Part shown: in pieces, positions 1-9,506 of the stretch
How positions within the stretch are numbered: the stretch's first letter is position 1
Layout of the letters: each line of letters opens with the position of its first letter
DNA from: an uncultured Actinomycetes bacterium
GTDB lineage: Bacteria; Actinomycetota; UBA4738; HRBIN12
Reading direction: 5' to 3'
Length of the DNA stretch: 64,000 nt
Assembly (NCBI GenBank): GCA_963704725.1
Contig: OY969934.1
Span: forward strand, 1,824,001 to 1,888,000
Notes under the pieces: generated by a model
Database searches by the model: none
What the model saw: the letters and a program-made list of their open reading frames with translations, nothing else
What the model was told of the DNA's origin: nothing
Translations under genes and position numbers: made by a program

Positions 1-2
1 AC

Positions 3-2420
3 ATGGTGCTCTCGCGCTATGGCGACGACCGGTGCGCGTGCGTGGCGATGGTGGACACGTACCGCGCCCGGGCCGCCGTCCGCGAGGTGGGCAAGGCGCT
101 CGGGCTGCCCGAGACCGAGGTCGACACCGTAGCCAAGGCGTTCCCCCACATCGGCGCGAAGGACCTGCAGGCGGCGATCGAACGCCTGCCCGAGCTGGCG
201 GGCTCGAACCTGAACGGCGGCCAGCTCGGGCTGCTGTTCCGGGTGGCCGAGCGGCTCGACGGCTTCCCCCGCCACATCGCGCTCCACCCCTCGGGCATCG
301 TGCTCTCGAACGACGAGCTCACCACCCGGGTCCCGCTCGAGCGTTCCTTCCAGGGGTACCGGGTGATCCAGGCCGACAAGGACGACGTGGAGCTCCTCGG
401 CTACCTCAAGCTCGACGTGCTCGGCGTGCGGATGCTCTCGTCGATGCGCCATGCCCTGGACGAGATCGCCCGTACCGAGCACCGCAAGGTCGACCTCGAC
501 CGGATCCCGCTCGACGACGAGCCGACCTTCGAGCTGATCCGGGCCTCCGACACGCTGGGGTGCTTCCAGATCGAGAGCCCCGGCCAGCGCGAACTCCTGC
601 AGAAGCTCCAGCCCACGCGGTGGGAGGACCTGATCGTCGACATCTCGCTGTTCCGCCCCGGGCCGGTGAAGTCGGACATGATCAACCCGTTCCTCCGTCG
701 GCGCCACGGCATGGAGCGCCCCACGTACGCCCACCCGGCGTTGCGGCCCGCGCTGCGGGAGACGTTCGGCGTGATCGTCTACCACGAGCAGGTCATGCGG
801 ACCCTCGCCGCCATCGCCGGCTACAACCTGACCGAGGCCGACTTCATCCGCCGCCACCTCGGCCGCGACGACCTGCTGCCGAAGCTCCGCGAGGACTTCG
901 TTCGCCGCGCGAGCGCCCGTGGCATCCCCGATGACGTCGCCGCCGGGGTCTGGGGCGACGTGGCCGAGTTCGCGAGCTTCGGGTTCTGCAAGGCCCACGC
1001 CGCGGCCTTCGCCGTGCCGACGTACCAGTCCGCGTGGCTGAAGACCCACTACCCGGCGCACTTCCTCGCCGGGGTCCTCACGCACGACCCGGGCATGTAC
1101 CCGCGACGGCTGATCCTGGAGGACGCACGGCTCCACGGGATCCCCATCCTCCCGCTCGACGTGAACGCGTCGGAGCCGGAGTACGTGGTGGAGGGGGTCG
1201 CGGGGGAGCCGCGTCCGGTCGCGGCGTCGGGGAGGCGCGCTGAGGTCGGGGGTCCGGACCGGGCTGCTCGTCTCCGCCTTCGCCAGGGGTCCGTGCTCCT
1301 CGACGCCCGTCGGCTGCGGCTCCGCTCGACGACGCCCGGTCCGGACCCCTCCCCGCGCGCCGTCGCCGACGTCTCGACCGACGTGGAACGCCCCGCCTAC
1401 GGGATCCGACTCGCGTTGCAGGACGTGCACGGGATCTCAGACGGCGAGATCCGGTCGATCCTCCAGGCCCGCGCAGATCGTCTCTTCCGCGACGTGGGCG
1501 ACTTCCTGCGTCGCACCTCCGTGTCTCGGCCGGTCGTGGAGGCGCTCGCGCACGCCGGTGGGTTCGACGCCATCGACCGCGGCACCCGCCGCGACCGCCT
1601 CTACACCGCCATGACCACCGCCCCCCAACGCGAAGGCGACCAACTCACCTTCGACGTCCACCAACCCCCGCGAACCGAGGAGCCCGCCGGCGGTGACCCG
1701 CGGGTCACGAGCCGGAGTGAATCCACGCGGGAGCGGCCCACGGAGCGAGGAACGGACACGGCAGGTGGCGGGGATGCCGCGGAGGGGTCGGGGAGGAGGA
1801 GCGAAGCCCGACGGCACCATCTCGAGCACGAGCCCCTGGGCGAAGCGACGAAGGAACCGCGACCCCGCAGCGGCATCCCCGCCACCACCCCGGCGATCTC
1901 TCTCCCCGAGTACTCCGACGCCGAGCGTGTGAGAGCCGAGCTCGAGGTCCTCGGCCTCGACGCCAGCCGCCACCTCGTGAGCTTCTTCGAGCCCCTGATC
2001 GCCGACCTCGGCGCCACGCGCGCGGGCGACCTGTGGCGCTGCCGCGCCGGCGAGCGCGTGATGGTGGTCGGGGTGAAGGTGGCCTCACAGACCCCGGCGA
2101 TCAAGAGCGGCCAGCGGATCATCTTCCTCACGCTCGACGACTCGACGGGGCCCGTCGAGGTCACCGTGTTCGAGAGCGTGCAGCCCAAGGTGGCCAAGAC
2201 GGTCTTCCACTCGCTCGTCTTGGCCGTGGCGGGGACCGTTCGGCGGACGGGCCGAAGGGGCGCGTCGGTGATCGCGGAGGACGTGTGGGACCTCGTCGCG
2301 CTGCATCGCGCCAGGCTCGAGGGCCGTCTTTCCGAGGCGCTCGCGCACGAGGGGCCGGGCGGGTCGGGGAGGGTCCCGCGGAAGATCTGGCATTCGAGCG
2401 GAGGGTCGGCCGGCCGATGA
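3..2420 (+). CDS. dnaE2: Error-prone DNA polymerase III alpha subunit (DnaE2), 5'-truncated by the window edge
   Basis: Motifs HIALHPSG, KLDVLG, CFQIESPGQ, SLFRPGP, FGFCKAHAAAF; C-terminal OB fold; actinobacterial tail RKIWHSSGGSAG; two low-complexity in-frame insertions. Confidence 0.93.
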   Translation: MVLSRYGDDRCACVAMVDTYRARAAVREVGKALGLPETEVDTVAKAFPHIGAKDLQAAIERLPELAGSNLNGGQLGLLFRVAERLDGFPRHIALHPSGIVLSNDELTTRVPLERSFQGYRVIQADKDDVELLGYLKLDVLGVRMLSSMRHALDEIARTEHRKVDLDRIPLDDEPTFELIRASDTLGCFQIESPGQRELLQKLQPTRWEDLIVDISLFRPGPVKSDMINPFLRRRHGMERPTYAHPALRPALRETFGVIVYHEQVMRTLAAIAGYNLTEADFIRRHLGRDDLLPKLREDFVRRASARGIPDDVAAGVWGDVAEFASFGFCKAHAAAFAVPTYQSAWLKTHYPAHFLAGVLTHDPGMYPRRLILEDARLHGIPILPLDVNASEPEYVVEGVAGEPRPVAASGRRAEVGGPDRAARLRLRQGSVLLDARRLRLRSTTPGPDPSPRAVADVSTDVERPAYGIRLALQDVHGISDGEIRSILQARADRLFRDVGDFLRRTSVSRPVVEALAHAGGFDAIDRGTRRDRLYTAMTTAPQREGDQLTFDVHQPPRTEEPAGGDPRVTSRSESTRERPTERGTDTAGGGDAAEGSGRRSEARRHHLEHEPLGEATKEPRPRSGIPATTPAISLPEYSDAERVRAELEVLGLDASRHLVSFFEPLIADLGATRAGDLWRCRAGERVMVVGVKVASQTPAIKSGQRIIFLTLDDSTGPVEVTVFESVQPKVAKTVFHSLVLAVAGTVRRTGRRGASVIAEDVWDLVALHRARLEGRLSEALAHEGPGGSGRVPRKIWHSSGGSAGR
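1216..1380. repeat. In-frame palindromic element 1 inside dnaE2
   Basis: Perfect 16-bp inverted repeat 1249-1264/1334-1349, outer arm blocks (1216-1221/1375-1380, 1225-1230/1366-1371, 1234-1240/1355-1361) and a 69-nt loop. Confidence 0.8.
1764..1886. repeat. In-frame palindromic element 2 inside dnaE2, opposite orientation to element 1
   Basis: Perfect 17-bp inverted repeat 1764-1780/1870-1886, inner 1784-1790/1860-1866; the 69-nt loop resembles the reverse complement of the element 1 loop. Confidence 0.8.
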
Positions 2421-3685
2421 CCGCGCAGCGCACCGCGGGGGTACGCTCGGCCCCGATGCCCTCATCGCCGATCCTCGAGCCGATCCTCCACGTCGACCTC
2501 GACGCCTTCTACGCATCGGTGGAGGTGCTCAAGGATCCCGCCCTCGCCGGCCGGCCGGTCGCCGTCGGCGGTGCCGGGACGCGCGGCGTGGTGATGTCGG
2601 CCTCGTACGAGGCGCGCGCGTACGGGATCCGCAGCGCGATGCCCGCCGTTCGCGCCCGGCGCCTGTGCCCGGACGTGGTCTTCGTCCCCCCCGACTTCGA
2701 GTCCTACCAGGCCCACTCCAACCGATTCCGCGAGGTCCTGTTGGCCGTGACGCCCCTCGTCGAGCCGATCTCCCTCGACGAGGCGTTCCTCGACGTCTCC
2801 GGTGCCTATCTGCTGTTCGGGGAGCCGGCGGCGATCGGGGAGCGGATCCGGCGCTCGGTGCACCAGGAGGTGGGGGTCTCCTGCTCGGTCGGCGTGGGGC
2901 CCTCCAAGCTCGTGGCGAAGCTCGCGTCGCGCCGGGCCAAGCCCGACGGCCTGGTGTCCGTGCCGGCCGGCGAGGTCGAAGCCTTCCTCGACCCGCTGCC
3001 CGCCCGGGCCATGTGGGGGGTCGGTGAGAAGACGATGGAGATCCTGTCTCGACTCGGCGTGCGCACGGTCGGCGATCTGGGCCGGACGCCGCCCGTGGTG
3101 CTGGCCAGGCTCATCGGGGACCAGCACGCCCGAGACCTCATCGACCTCGCCCGCGGCCTCGACGTCCGCGCCGTGGTGCCCTACGAGACCCCGAAGTCGG
3201 TGAGCCACGAGGAGACGTTCGACCGAGACCTCGACGACGAGGGCGAGCTCCTGCGCGAGATCCTGTCGCTCTCCCAGCGGGTGGGGGCCCGCCTGCGGGC
3301 GGACGGGTACCGGGCCCGAACGATCACGCTCAAGGTCCGCCTGGCCAACTTCACGACGCTCACCCGATCGCGGACGATCGACCCCCCGACCGACGTGGCG
3401 GCCGACCTCTACCACGTGACCTCCGAGCTGTTCCGGGCGCTGCCGGGCGCGCGCCGCCGGATCCGGCTCCTCGGCGTGGCGGGCACGGGACTGGTCGCGG
3501 CGGGGGAGGAGCAGCTGGCCCTGCTGCGGGGCGAGCGGTGGAGCGACGTCGAACGGGCGGTGGACCGGATCGAGAAGCGGTTCGGCCGGGGGAGCGCGAT
3601 GCCGGCCGCCCTCCTGGATCGGCAGAAGGAGCCGGGGAAAGGAGCAGGCCCCAGGCTCTTCCCGAACGCAGGGGCGTTTCTATAA
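2417..3685 (+). CDS. dinB: DNA polymerase IV (Y family)
   Basis: ILHVDLDAFYASVE, SYEAR, SLDEAFLD; ATGA overlap with the dnaE2 stop (alternative start 2456). Confidence 0.95.
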   Translation: MTAQRTAGVRSAPMPSSPILEPILHVDLDAFYASVEVLKDPALAGRPVAVGGAGTRGVVMSASYEARAYGIRSAMPAVRARRLCPDVVFVPPDFESYQAHSNRFREVLLAVTPLVEPISLDEAFLDVSGAYLLFGEPAAIGERIRRSVHQEVGVSCSVGVGPSKLVAKLASRRAKPDGLVSVPAGEVEAFLDPLPARAMWGVGEKTMEILSRLGVRTVGDLGRTPPVVLARLIGDQHARDLIDLARGLDVRAVVPYETPKSVSHEETFDRDLDDEGELLREILSLSQRVGARLRADGYRARTITLKVRLANFTTLTRSRTIDPPTDVAADLYHVTSELFRALPGARRRIRLLGVAGTGLVAAGEEQLALLRGERWSDVERAVDRIEKRFGRGSAMPAALLDRQKEPGKGAGPRLFPNAGAFL

Positions 3686-3717
3686 TCGGAACCGACGGAC
3701 GGAGGAACGCAGGGCCC

Positions 3718-4098
3718 ATGCCACTGTCACCGGACGAGCAGCGGATCCTCGAGGAGATCGAGCAGCGCCTGTCCGAGGAGGATCCCCGTCTGGCCGAGCA
3801 GGTCAGCCGGACGTCTCTCTACACGCACCTGGCGCGTCGGATCCGATGGTCGTCGCTCGCGTTCCTCCTCGGGTTCGTCATGCTGCTCGCGTTCCCGGCG
3901 TCCATGTACGTCGCCGTCGCTGGCTTCGGCGTCATGCTCGCGTCGTCGCTGTTGATCTACCGGTACCTGAAGCAGCTCGGGCGCGACCAGGTCCGCGCCA
4001 TGCAGCAGCAGTCGGGGCGGTTCTCGATCGCCGGGTTCCTCGTCCGCCTGCTCGGTCGCTACCGCGGACCGCAGCAGCCGCAACCTCCCGAGCCCTGA
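3718..4098 (+). CDS. DUF3040 family membrane protein
   Basis: MPLSPDEQRILEEIEQRLSEEDPRLA start plus two TM helices; TATAAT at 3681-3686; usual position near dinB and mraZ. Confidence 0.88.
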   Translation: MPLSPDEQRILEEIEQRLSEEDPRLAEQVSRTSLYTHLARRIRWSSLAFLLGFVMLLAFPASMYVAVAGFGVMLASSLLIYRYLKQLGRDQVRAMQQQSGRFSIAGFLVRLLGRYRGPQQPQPPEP

Positions 4099-4164
4099 CC
4101 CGAACGCGCGCCTCGCGTTCCCGGACCCGATCGTGAGAATCGTTCGGCGCCTCTCCCTGCGCGC

Positions 4165-4194
4165 TTGCCAGGTGTGAGTCCCGCGCAGTACAAC
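4165..4194 (+). promoter_or_regulatory. Putative housekeeping-sigma promoter of the MerR regulator
   Basis: TTGCCA (4165-4170), 18-nt spacer, TACAAC (4189-4194). Confidence 0.45.
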
Positions 4195-4318
4195 AGGTCT
4201 CACCTTCCCCGGGGGCGTGACCGTCAACCGCACGTCGAACCTTCCCTCGACGACGCTGGCGAGTCGCAGTGTTGGTGTGGGTGTGGCGAGGTCGGGTCTC
4301 GGAGGGCGCGCGTTCTCG

Positions 4319-4801
4319 ATGGAAGGGTTCACCGCACATCAAGCGACGAAGTTCACGGGCTGCACGCCGCGACAGCTTCGGTACTGGGATCAGATCGGGT
4401 TGGTCAGACCCTCGGTCCAGGGCACCGGGGGTCGCCCCGGCGTCCCTCGGCTGTACTCGTTCCGCGACATCGTCGCGCTGAAGGTGGTGAAGTCCCTTCT
4501 CGACAGCGGGATGTCCCTGCAGCGCGTTCGCCGGGCGTGGGAGTACCTCAACCGTCGGGCTCACCTCGACCGCCATCTGTCCGAGATCAAGCTGATCACC
4601 GACGGCGTGAGCATCTTCAAGGTGGCCCGCCGCAACGGGGAGATCATCGACGCCCTTCGCGAGGGTCAGCTCGCGTTCTTCGTCGCGATCGACGAGATCG
4701 CCACGGGCGTGGAGTCGAAGGTCGGCCAGTTCCGGGAGGATCGCGATCGCTTCGTTCGCGCCCTCCGCGAGGCGGCCGCCCACGCCCAGACGGGTTCGTA
4801 G
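4319..4801 (+). CDS. MerR-family transcriptional regulator (Rv1830-like)
   Basis: QLRYWDQIGLVRPS...RLYSFRDIVALKVVKSLLDSGMSLQRVRRA; GGAGG upstream of ATG 4319. Confidence 0.88.
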   Translation: MEGFTAHQATKFTGCTPRQLRYWDQIGLVRPSVQGTGGRPGVPRLYSFRDIVALKVVKSLLDSGMSLQRVRRAWEYLNRRAHLDRHLSEIKLITDGVSIFKVARRNGEIIDALREGQLAFFVAIDEIATGVESKVGQFREDRDRFVRALREAAAHAQTGS

Positions 4802-4804
4802 AGC

Positions 4805-7129
4805 TCAGAACCCCGGGCGGTACGTCCCGACGATGCGCCGGCCCCACCCCGCGTCCTTGCGCAGATCCGCGATGGCCTCCCGAGCGTCGGCCACGGCGTG
4901 CTCGGCGTCGTCCCTCGACGGCGGATCCGGCGCGTAGGCCGCGCGAGCCGTGACCCGGGCCAGGCGCGACAGGTGGCCGTTCGAGAACGTCACGGCCGCC
5001 GAGAGCCGGGCGCGGTGCTCCTGCACCGTTTCGCCCTCGCGGCGACCCAGGCCGAGATCCGCCGCCTCACCGTCGAACACGCGGTAGGCGGCCAGGGCCA
5101 GCTCTCGCGGGTCGCGGCTCCGTCGCAGCGTGCGGCGCCGCCACACCCACTTCGTGACCGGCAGGAAGACCAGGACCGCCCCGAAAAGGACCGCGAGCCC
5201 CAGGAGGATCCACCGGTACGGGATCGAGTACCCGTCCCGAGCCGCCTGCGCCCCCGGTCCTGCCCGGATGCCGCCCAGGAAGCCCGGCGGAAGCTCGGCG
5301 GCGCCACCCCGGACCCGCCCCACGTCCTCCGCGTTCCGGCAGAGCTGTGGCGGCAGTCGAAGCCCCTCGGCCGTCGTACACCCCCCGCCCGACTGATCGC
5401 CGTTCAACCCGCCCCCGGCGACCTCGCCGCCGGCGCCGCTCGCCGAACCGTCCTCGCTCGGCGCGGTGGGGTCCAGGTAGGTGCCGGGCCCGCCGGCTGG
5501 GTTGGGCCGGCCGGGGGTGGGCTCGAACGGCAGCCACCCGAAGGCGGGGAAGAACACCTCGACCCACGCATGGGCGTCCTTGCTGGTCACGACGTAGGTG
5601 TCCCCGTTCGCGGTCCCGCTGCGGAACCCCACCACCACGCGGGCGGGATACCCAAGCTCCCGCACCAGCACGGCCATCGCCGTGGCGAACTGCTGGCAGA
5701 AGCCCGTGCGAGAGCTCGTGAGAAAGCTCAGCAGGGCGTCGGCGTCGGAGACCGGCTCCACGTCCAGGCTGTAGGTGAACACCGAGGTGTCGGTGAGATG
5801 GTTCTGGATCGACAGGACCTGCCGGTACGGCGTCGCCTCGGGGCCGGCCCACCGCTGCGCGACCTCCCGGACCTGGGGGTCGACGCTCGCGGGCAGGAAC
5901 GTGTAGCCCCCGTACTGCTCCGGAGCCTGGAAGCGGACGAGGTCGAGCTGCTCGGGCGTCGGCTCGACCACCCGGGACTCGACCGTGTACTCGAGGCCCT
6001 CGTCGAGGCCTCCGTCGTGGACGGCGGAGGCGAGGTCCGGGTTGTACCGGATCGGGTCGTCGGGGAACGTCACGATCTCGGCGGGATAGGCCATGGGGAC
6101 CCACGGGTCGTGGATGTCCCGCAGGATCCGGTAGCGCTGGACGAGGGGCTCCGCGGCGACGGGCACGTCCACCGGCAGGCGGGCCGGGGACTGCAGCACC
6201 GCGCCCCGCTCGGCCCGGGGATCCGAGCTGCTCCACGTGGTGCCGTTGAACCGGTCCAGCGCGTACAGCCGCCAGTACGCGGGCCCGCCCGGCGAGGTCA
6301 CCCGGAAGAGATCGATCGGCTCGTCCCGGTCGAGCTGCGCCTGGATCGAGACGAACGGGTCGAGGCCGACGCCGTCTCCCGAGGTCGAGAAGTCGACGAG
6401 GGCCTCGGACCGGAACCCCGGGAGGAGCCAGGGGACGAGCACGGCGGTCGCCACGGCGATCAGGGCGACCTGTCGCGCACCGCGGGAGGCCACGCTCGAG
6501 AGCCGGCGCCCCCGGATCGAGGACCAGATGGGCCCCCACTGGCGGACGCGCCGAAGCCCGTCGACGAAGACTACGCCGAGCGCCGCCACGAGGAACGCGA
6601 TCGCGTAGATCGGCCGGGCCCCGTCCTCGAGCACGGTGTCCGCGAACCCCACCAGCGCCACGGAGGGAAGGATCGCCAGCAGTGGGCTGCCCGAGCGGAT
6701 GGCCAGGGCGTGCGTGGAGAACGCTGCGGTCCAGATGGCCGTCACGGCGGCCAGGAGCAGCGGCGCGAACGCCGGCGTCGGCGCGACCTGGACCCGCGCC
6801 TGCTGGGCCACGAACTCCATGCAGCGCCCGACGGCCCGGAGCGTGCGCAGCGTGGGCAAGCCGTACCAGGCGGTCTGGGGGAGCACGATCCACGTCAGGG
6901 CGAACGCCAGGCCGACCAGGCTGACCAGCAGGGCGACGGCCAGGCCCCGGCGCTCGCAGAGCCCCGCCAACAGGATCGACGTCAGGGCCGCCGCGACGAG
7001 CTCCCACGTGGCGGCGTGCCCGACGAACACGCGGCCGAATGCCAGCCCCGTCACGGCCACGAGGCTCGCGACCGCGCCGAGCGCTACGAGCCGCTGACGA
7101 CCAGTGGACGTGTCCTGCTGGCGTGCCAT
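4805..7129 (-). CDS. Membrane transglutaminase-like protein (DUF3488 + TGase + DUF4129 type)
   Basis: Multiple N-terminal TM helices; GFCQQFATAMAV and HAWVEVFFP..GWLPFEPTP motifs. Confidence 0.9.
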   Translation of the reverse strand: MARQQDTSTGRQRLVALGAVASLVAVTGLAFGRVFVGHAATWELVAAALTSILLAGLCERRGLAVALLVSLVGLAFALTWIVLPQTAWYGLPTLRTLRAVGRCMEFVAQQARVQVAPTPAFAPLLLAAVTAIWTAAFSTHALAIRSGSPLLAILPSVALVGFADTVLEDGARPIYAIAFLVAALGVVFVDGLRRVRQWGPIWSSIRGRRLSSVASRGARQVALIAVATAVLVPWLLPGFRSEALVDFSTSGDGVGLDPFVSIQAQLDRDEPIDLFRVTSPGGPAYWRLYALDRFNGTTWSSSDPRAERGAVLQSPARLPVDVPVAAEPLVQRYRILRDIHDPWVPMAYPAEIVTFPDDPIRYNPDLASAVHDGGLDEGLEYTVESRVVEPTPEQLDLVRFQAPEQYGGYTFLPASVDPQVREVAQRWAGPEATPYRQVLSIQNHLTDTSVFTYSLDVEPVSDADALLSFLTSSRTGFCQQFATAMAVLVRELGYPARVVVGFRSGTANGDTYVVTSKDAHAWVEVFFPAFGWLPFEPTPGRPNPAGGPGTYLDPTAPSEDGSASGAGGEVAGGGLNGDQSGGGCTTAEGLRLPPQLCRNAEDVGRVRGGAAELPPGFLGGIRAGPGAQAARDGYSIPYRWILLGLAVLFGAVLVFLPVTKWVWRRRTLRRSRDPRELALAAYRVFDGEAADLGLGRREGETVQEHRARLSAAVTFSNGHLSRLARVTARAAYAPDPPSRDDAEHAVADAREAIADLRKDAGWGRRIVGTYRPGF

Positions 7130-8316
7130 ACCTCTCGCAATCTCGCCGAGGGTGGGAGCACCAGGATCTCCCAGCCCGAACGGGACATCGACAGCTGTGC
7201 CTGGGACGCCCGCCCCTCGAGCTGCGCCCGCCGGTCCGCGGGCAGGGTGTCGGGCTCGGTGGGGTGCACGAACACCCCGATCTTGGGACCGAAGGTCGCC
7301 CCCGTCCGGATCAGGGAAGCGAGTTCACCCGGCGGCGGGGGCGCGCCGACCACCACCAGGGTGGTGTCGCTGGCGGCCACCATCCGCAGCCGAGTCAGGC
7401 CGGAGGTGAGCGCTCGCGTGGTGTGGTGGGCCACGCCCGCCAGGGTCTCCAGCAGCTGCTCCTCTCCGACGCGCTGTGGCGGGAGCTGCGTCGTGGCCAG
7501 CTTGACCCCAAAGCCATAGCGCATCAGGAGGATGCCGACCGAGGCCGCGCACGAGACGACCTTCTCGAAGCACGCCCCGCGCGTCTGGCCGACGGCCGAG
7601 TCCCGCAGGTCGACGAACAGGACGGCGGTGGAGCGTCGCGTGGACTCGTCCTGGCGGATCATGAGCTCGCCGCTGCGGGCCACGCTCGCCCAGTGGATGC
7701 GCCGCAGGTCGTCGCCCTCGACGTAGGGGCGCATCGTGTAGAACTCGTCGCCGGTGCGGAACAGGTGCTTGGCCAGCGCGAGACCGCTGGTCATGCCGAA
7801 CGGGGAGTCGGGTCCGCCGGTGAGCGTCTCGACCTCGGGCGCCACCACCAGGTCCTCGCGCTCGTCGAACTCGACCCGGAGCTTGGTGAGCGCGAACGGG
7901 TCCGATAGGTCCACCGAGAGCGGCCCGAGCGTGTACCGCCCCCGCTGCCGTGGCGTGAGCGAGTACCGCACCCGCTGCCGATCCTTGCCGGCGAGGGAGG
8001 CGATGACCAATCGGGCCGAGCGCCCGAGCGCCGGCGGAAGGCGGTCCTCGATGAGCAGGAACGAGGTCTGGGTGGGGGACTGGTTCTCCACCTCGAGCTC
8101 GACGTAGACGCGCTGACCGGGCTGGATGCGACCCTCGGACAGGCGGCGGCGGATCCGCAGCCGCTGGCGGCTCCACCTGGCGAACAGCGACGCCCCGAAC
8201 GGGAGCACCACGAGACCGACCGCGATCATGTGCAGGGTGGTCGAGCCGAGAACGCGGCCGGCGGCCCACAGGGCGATCCCTGCGGCGAAGACGAGCACGC
8301 CGCGGCCGGAGGGCAC
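7084..8316 (-). CDS. DUF58 domain protein
   Basis: MRPYVEGDDLRRIHWASVAR..LMIRQDE; lies between MoxR and transglutaminase; GTG start just after the moxR stop. Confidence 0.9.
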   Translation of the reverse strand: MPSGRGVLVFAAGIALWAAGRVLGSTTLHMIAVGLVVLPFGASLFARWSRQRLRIRRRLSEGRIQPGQRVYVELEVENQSPTQTSFLLIEDRLPPALGRSARLVIASLAGKDRQRVRYSLTPRQRGRYTLGPLSVDLSDPFALTKLRVEFDEREDLVVAPEVETLTGGPDSPFGMTSGLALAKHLFRTGDEFYTMRPYVEGDDLRRIHWASVARSGELMIRQDESTRRSTAVLFVDLRDSAVGQTRGACFEKVVSCAASVGILLMRYGFGVKLATTQLPPQRVGEEQLLETLAGVAHHTTRALTSGLTRLRMVAASDTTLVVVGAPPPPGELASLIRTGATFGPKIGVFVHPTEPDTLPADRRAQLEGRASQAQLSMSRSGWEILVLPPSARLREVWHASRTRPLVVSGS

Positions 8317-8318
8317 GC

Positions 8319-9296
8319 TCAGGCCGTCCCGGTCACCGGCACCGCGACCTCGGAGACGAGCTCTTGGAGCACCGCCTGCGAGGTCCTGCCGCCCATCACG
8401 GCATCGGCCGTGACGATGATGCGGTGCGCGAGCACCGGGATGACCAGGGCCTTCACATCGTCCGGGACGACGTAGTCGCGCTCGCCCGAGGCCGCGATGG
8501 CGCGGGCGGCCCGAAGGAGCATGATCGAGGCCCGCGGGCTGGCGCCGAGGTAGACGTCCGGGTGTCGGCGGGTCGCCTCCACCAGGTCGACGATGTAGCG
8601 GCGGACGCCGGGAGCCACGTGGACCTGCCGCGCCTGCTCGATCATGTCCCGGACCTCGAGCGCGTCGGCCACCGGCGAGATGTCGGTCAGCGTCGAGTGC
8701 ACCCCGTGCGTGGCCAGGATCTCGGCCTCCACGTCGGAGGTGGGGTAGCCGATCGCGATCCGCATCATGAACCGGTCGAGCTGGGCCTCGGGCAGGGGAT
8801 AGGTGCCCTCGTGCTCGATGGGGTTCTGCGTGGCGATCACCATGAACGGCGCGCCGAGCTGGTACGTCTCGGTGTCGATCGTGACCTGCCGCTCCTCCAT
8901 GCACTCGAGGAGAGCCGACTGGGTCTTGGGACTGGCCCGGTTGATCTCGTCGCCGAGCACAATGTTGGCGAAGATGGCGCCGGGTCGGAACTCGAAGTCC
9001 CCGCGCTCCTGGTTGAACACGTTCACGCCCGTGATGTCCGTGGGCAGCAGGTCCGGGGTGAACTGGATCCGGCGGAAGGAGCAGTCGATCGAGCGAGCGA
9101 TGGCCTTGGCCAGCATGGTCTTTCCCACGCCGGGAACGTCCTCGATCAGGACGTGCCCCTCCGCGACCAGGGCGGCGAGGGCCAGGCGGATCTCCGGCAC
9201 CTTGCCCTGGACGACCTTCTCGACGTTCTGCTCGATGTCGGTGAACCGCGCGGCGAACCGCTGCCAGTCGGGATGCGATCGCTCTCGGGCCTCCAA
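8319..9296 (-). CDS. moxR: MoxR-family AAA+ ATPase
   Basis: GHVLIEDVPGVGKT, RIQFTPDLLP, DEINRASPKTQSALLE, ATQNPIEHEGTYPLPEAQLDRF; TTG start after GGAGG inferred. Confidence 0.93.
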   Translation of the reverse strand: MEARERSHPDWQRFAARFTDIEQNVEKVVQGKVPEIRLALAALVAEGHVLIEDVPGVGKTMLAKAIARSIDCSFRRIQFTPDLLPTDITGVNVFNQERGDFEFRPGAIFANIVLGDEINRASPKTQSALLECMEERQVTIDTETYQLGAPFMVIATQNPIEHEGTYPLPEAQLDRFMMRIAIGYPTSDVEAEILATHGVHSTLTDISPVADALEVRDMIEQARQVHVAPGVRRYIVDLVEATRRHPDVYLGASPRASIMLLRAARAIAASGERDYVVPDDVKALVIPVLAHRIIVTADAVMGGRTSQAVLQELVSEVAVPVTGTA

Positions 9297-9506
9297 CGGG
9301 ACCTCCGGGAAGTCAGGGCCGGAACATCTTACCGAGGTGTACGTATCCGGCGGCCCGCCGGTTCCCGCGGGCCTGCAGCGCTTGGACCGACCCCGTTCCC
9401 GGGAGGTTCCCGGCCAGTCAAACTGTGCAGGCGGAGCCCGGAGCTCCCCACGACCGTTCCGATCCAACCGATGACGCCGGCTGGTGCCGTGACCACCAGG
9501 GTGTTG

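Noticed and set aside
1180-1910. Inteins or introns in dnaE2
   Set aside because: Inserts are short, lack intein terminal residues and intron cores, and keep the frame; better explained as palindromic insertions.
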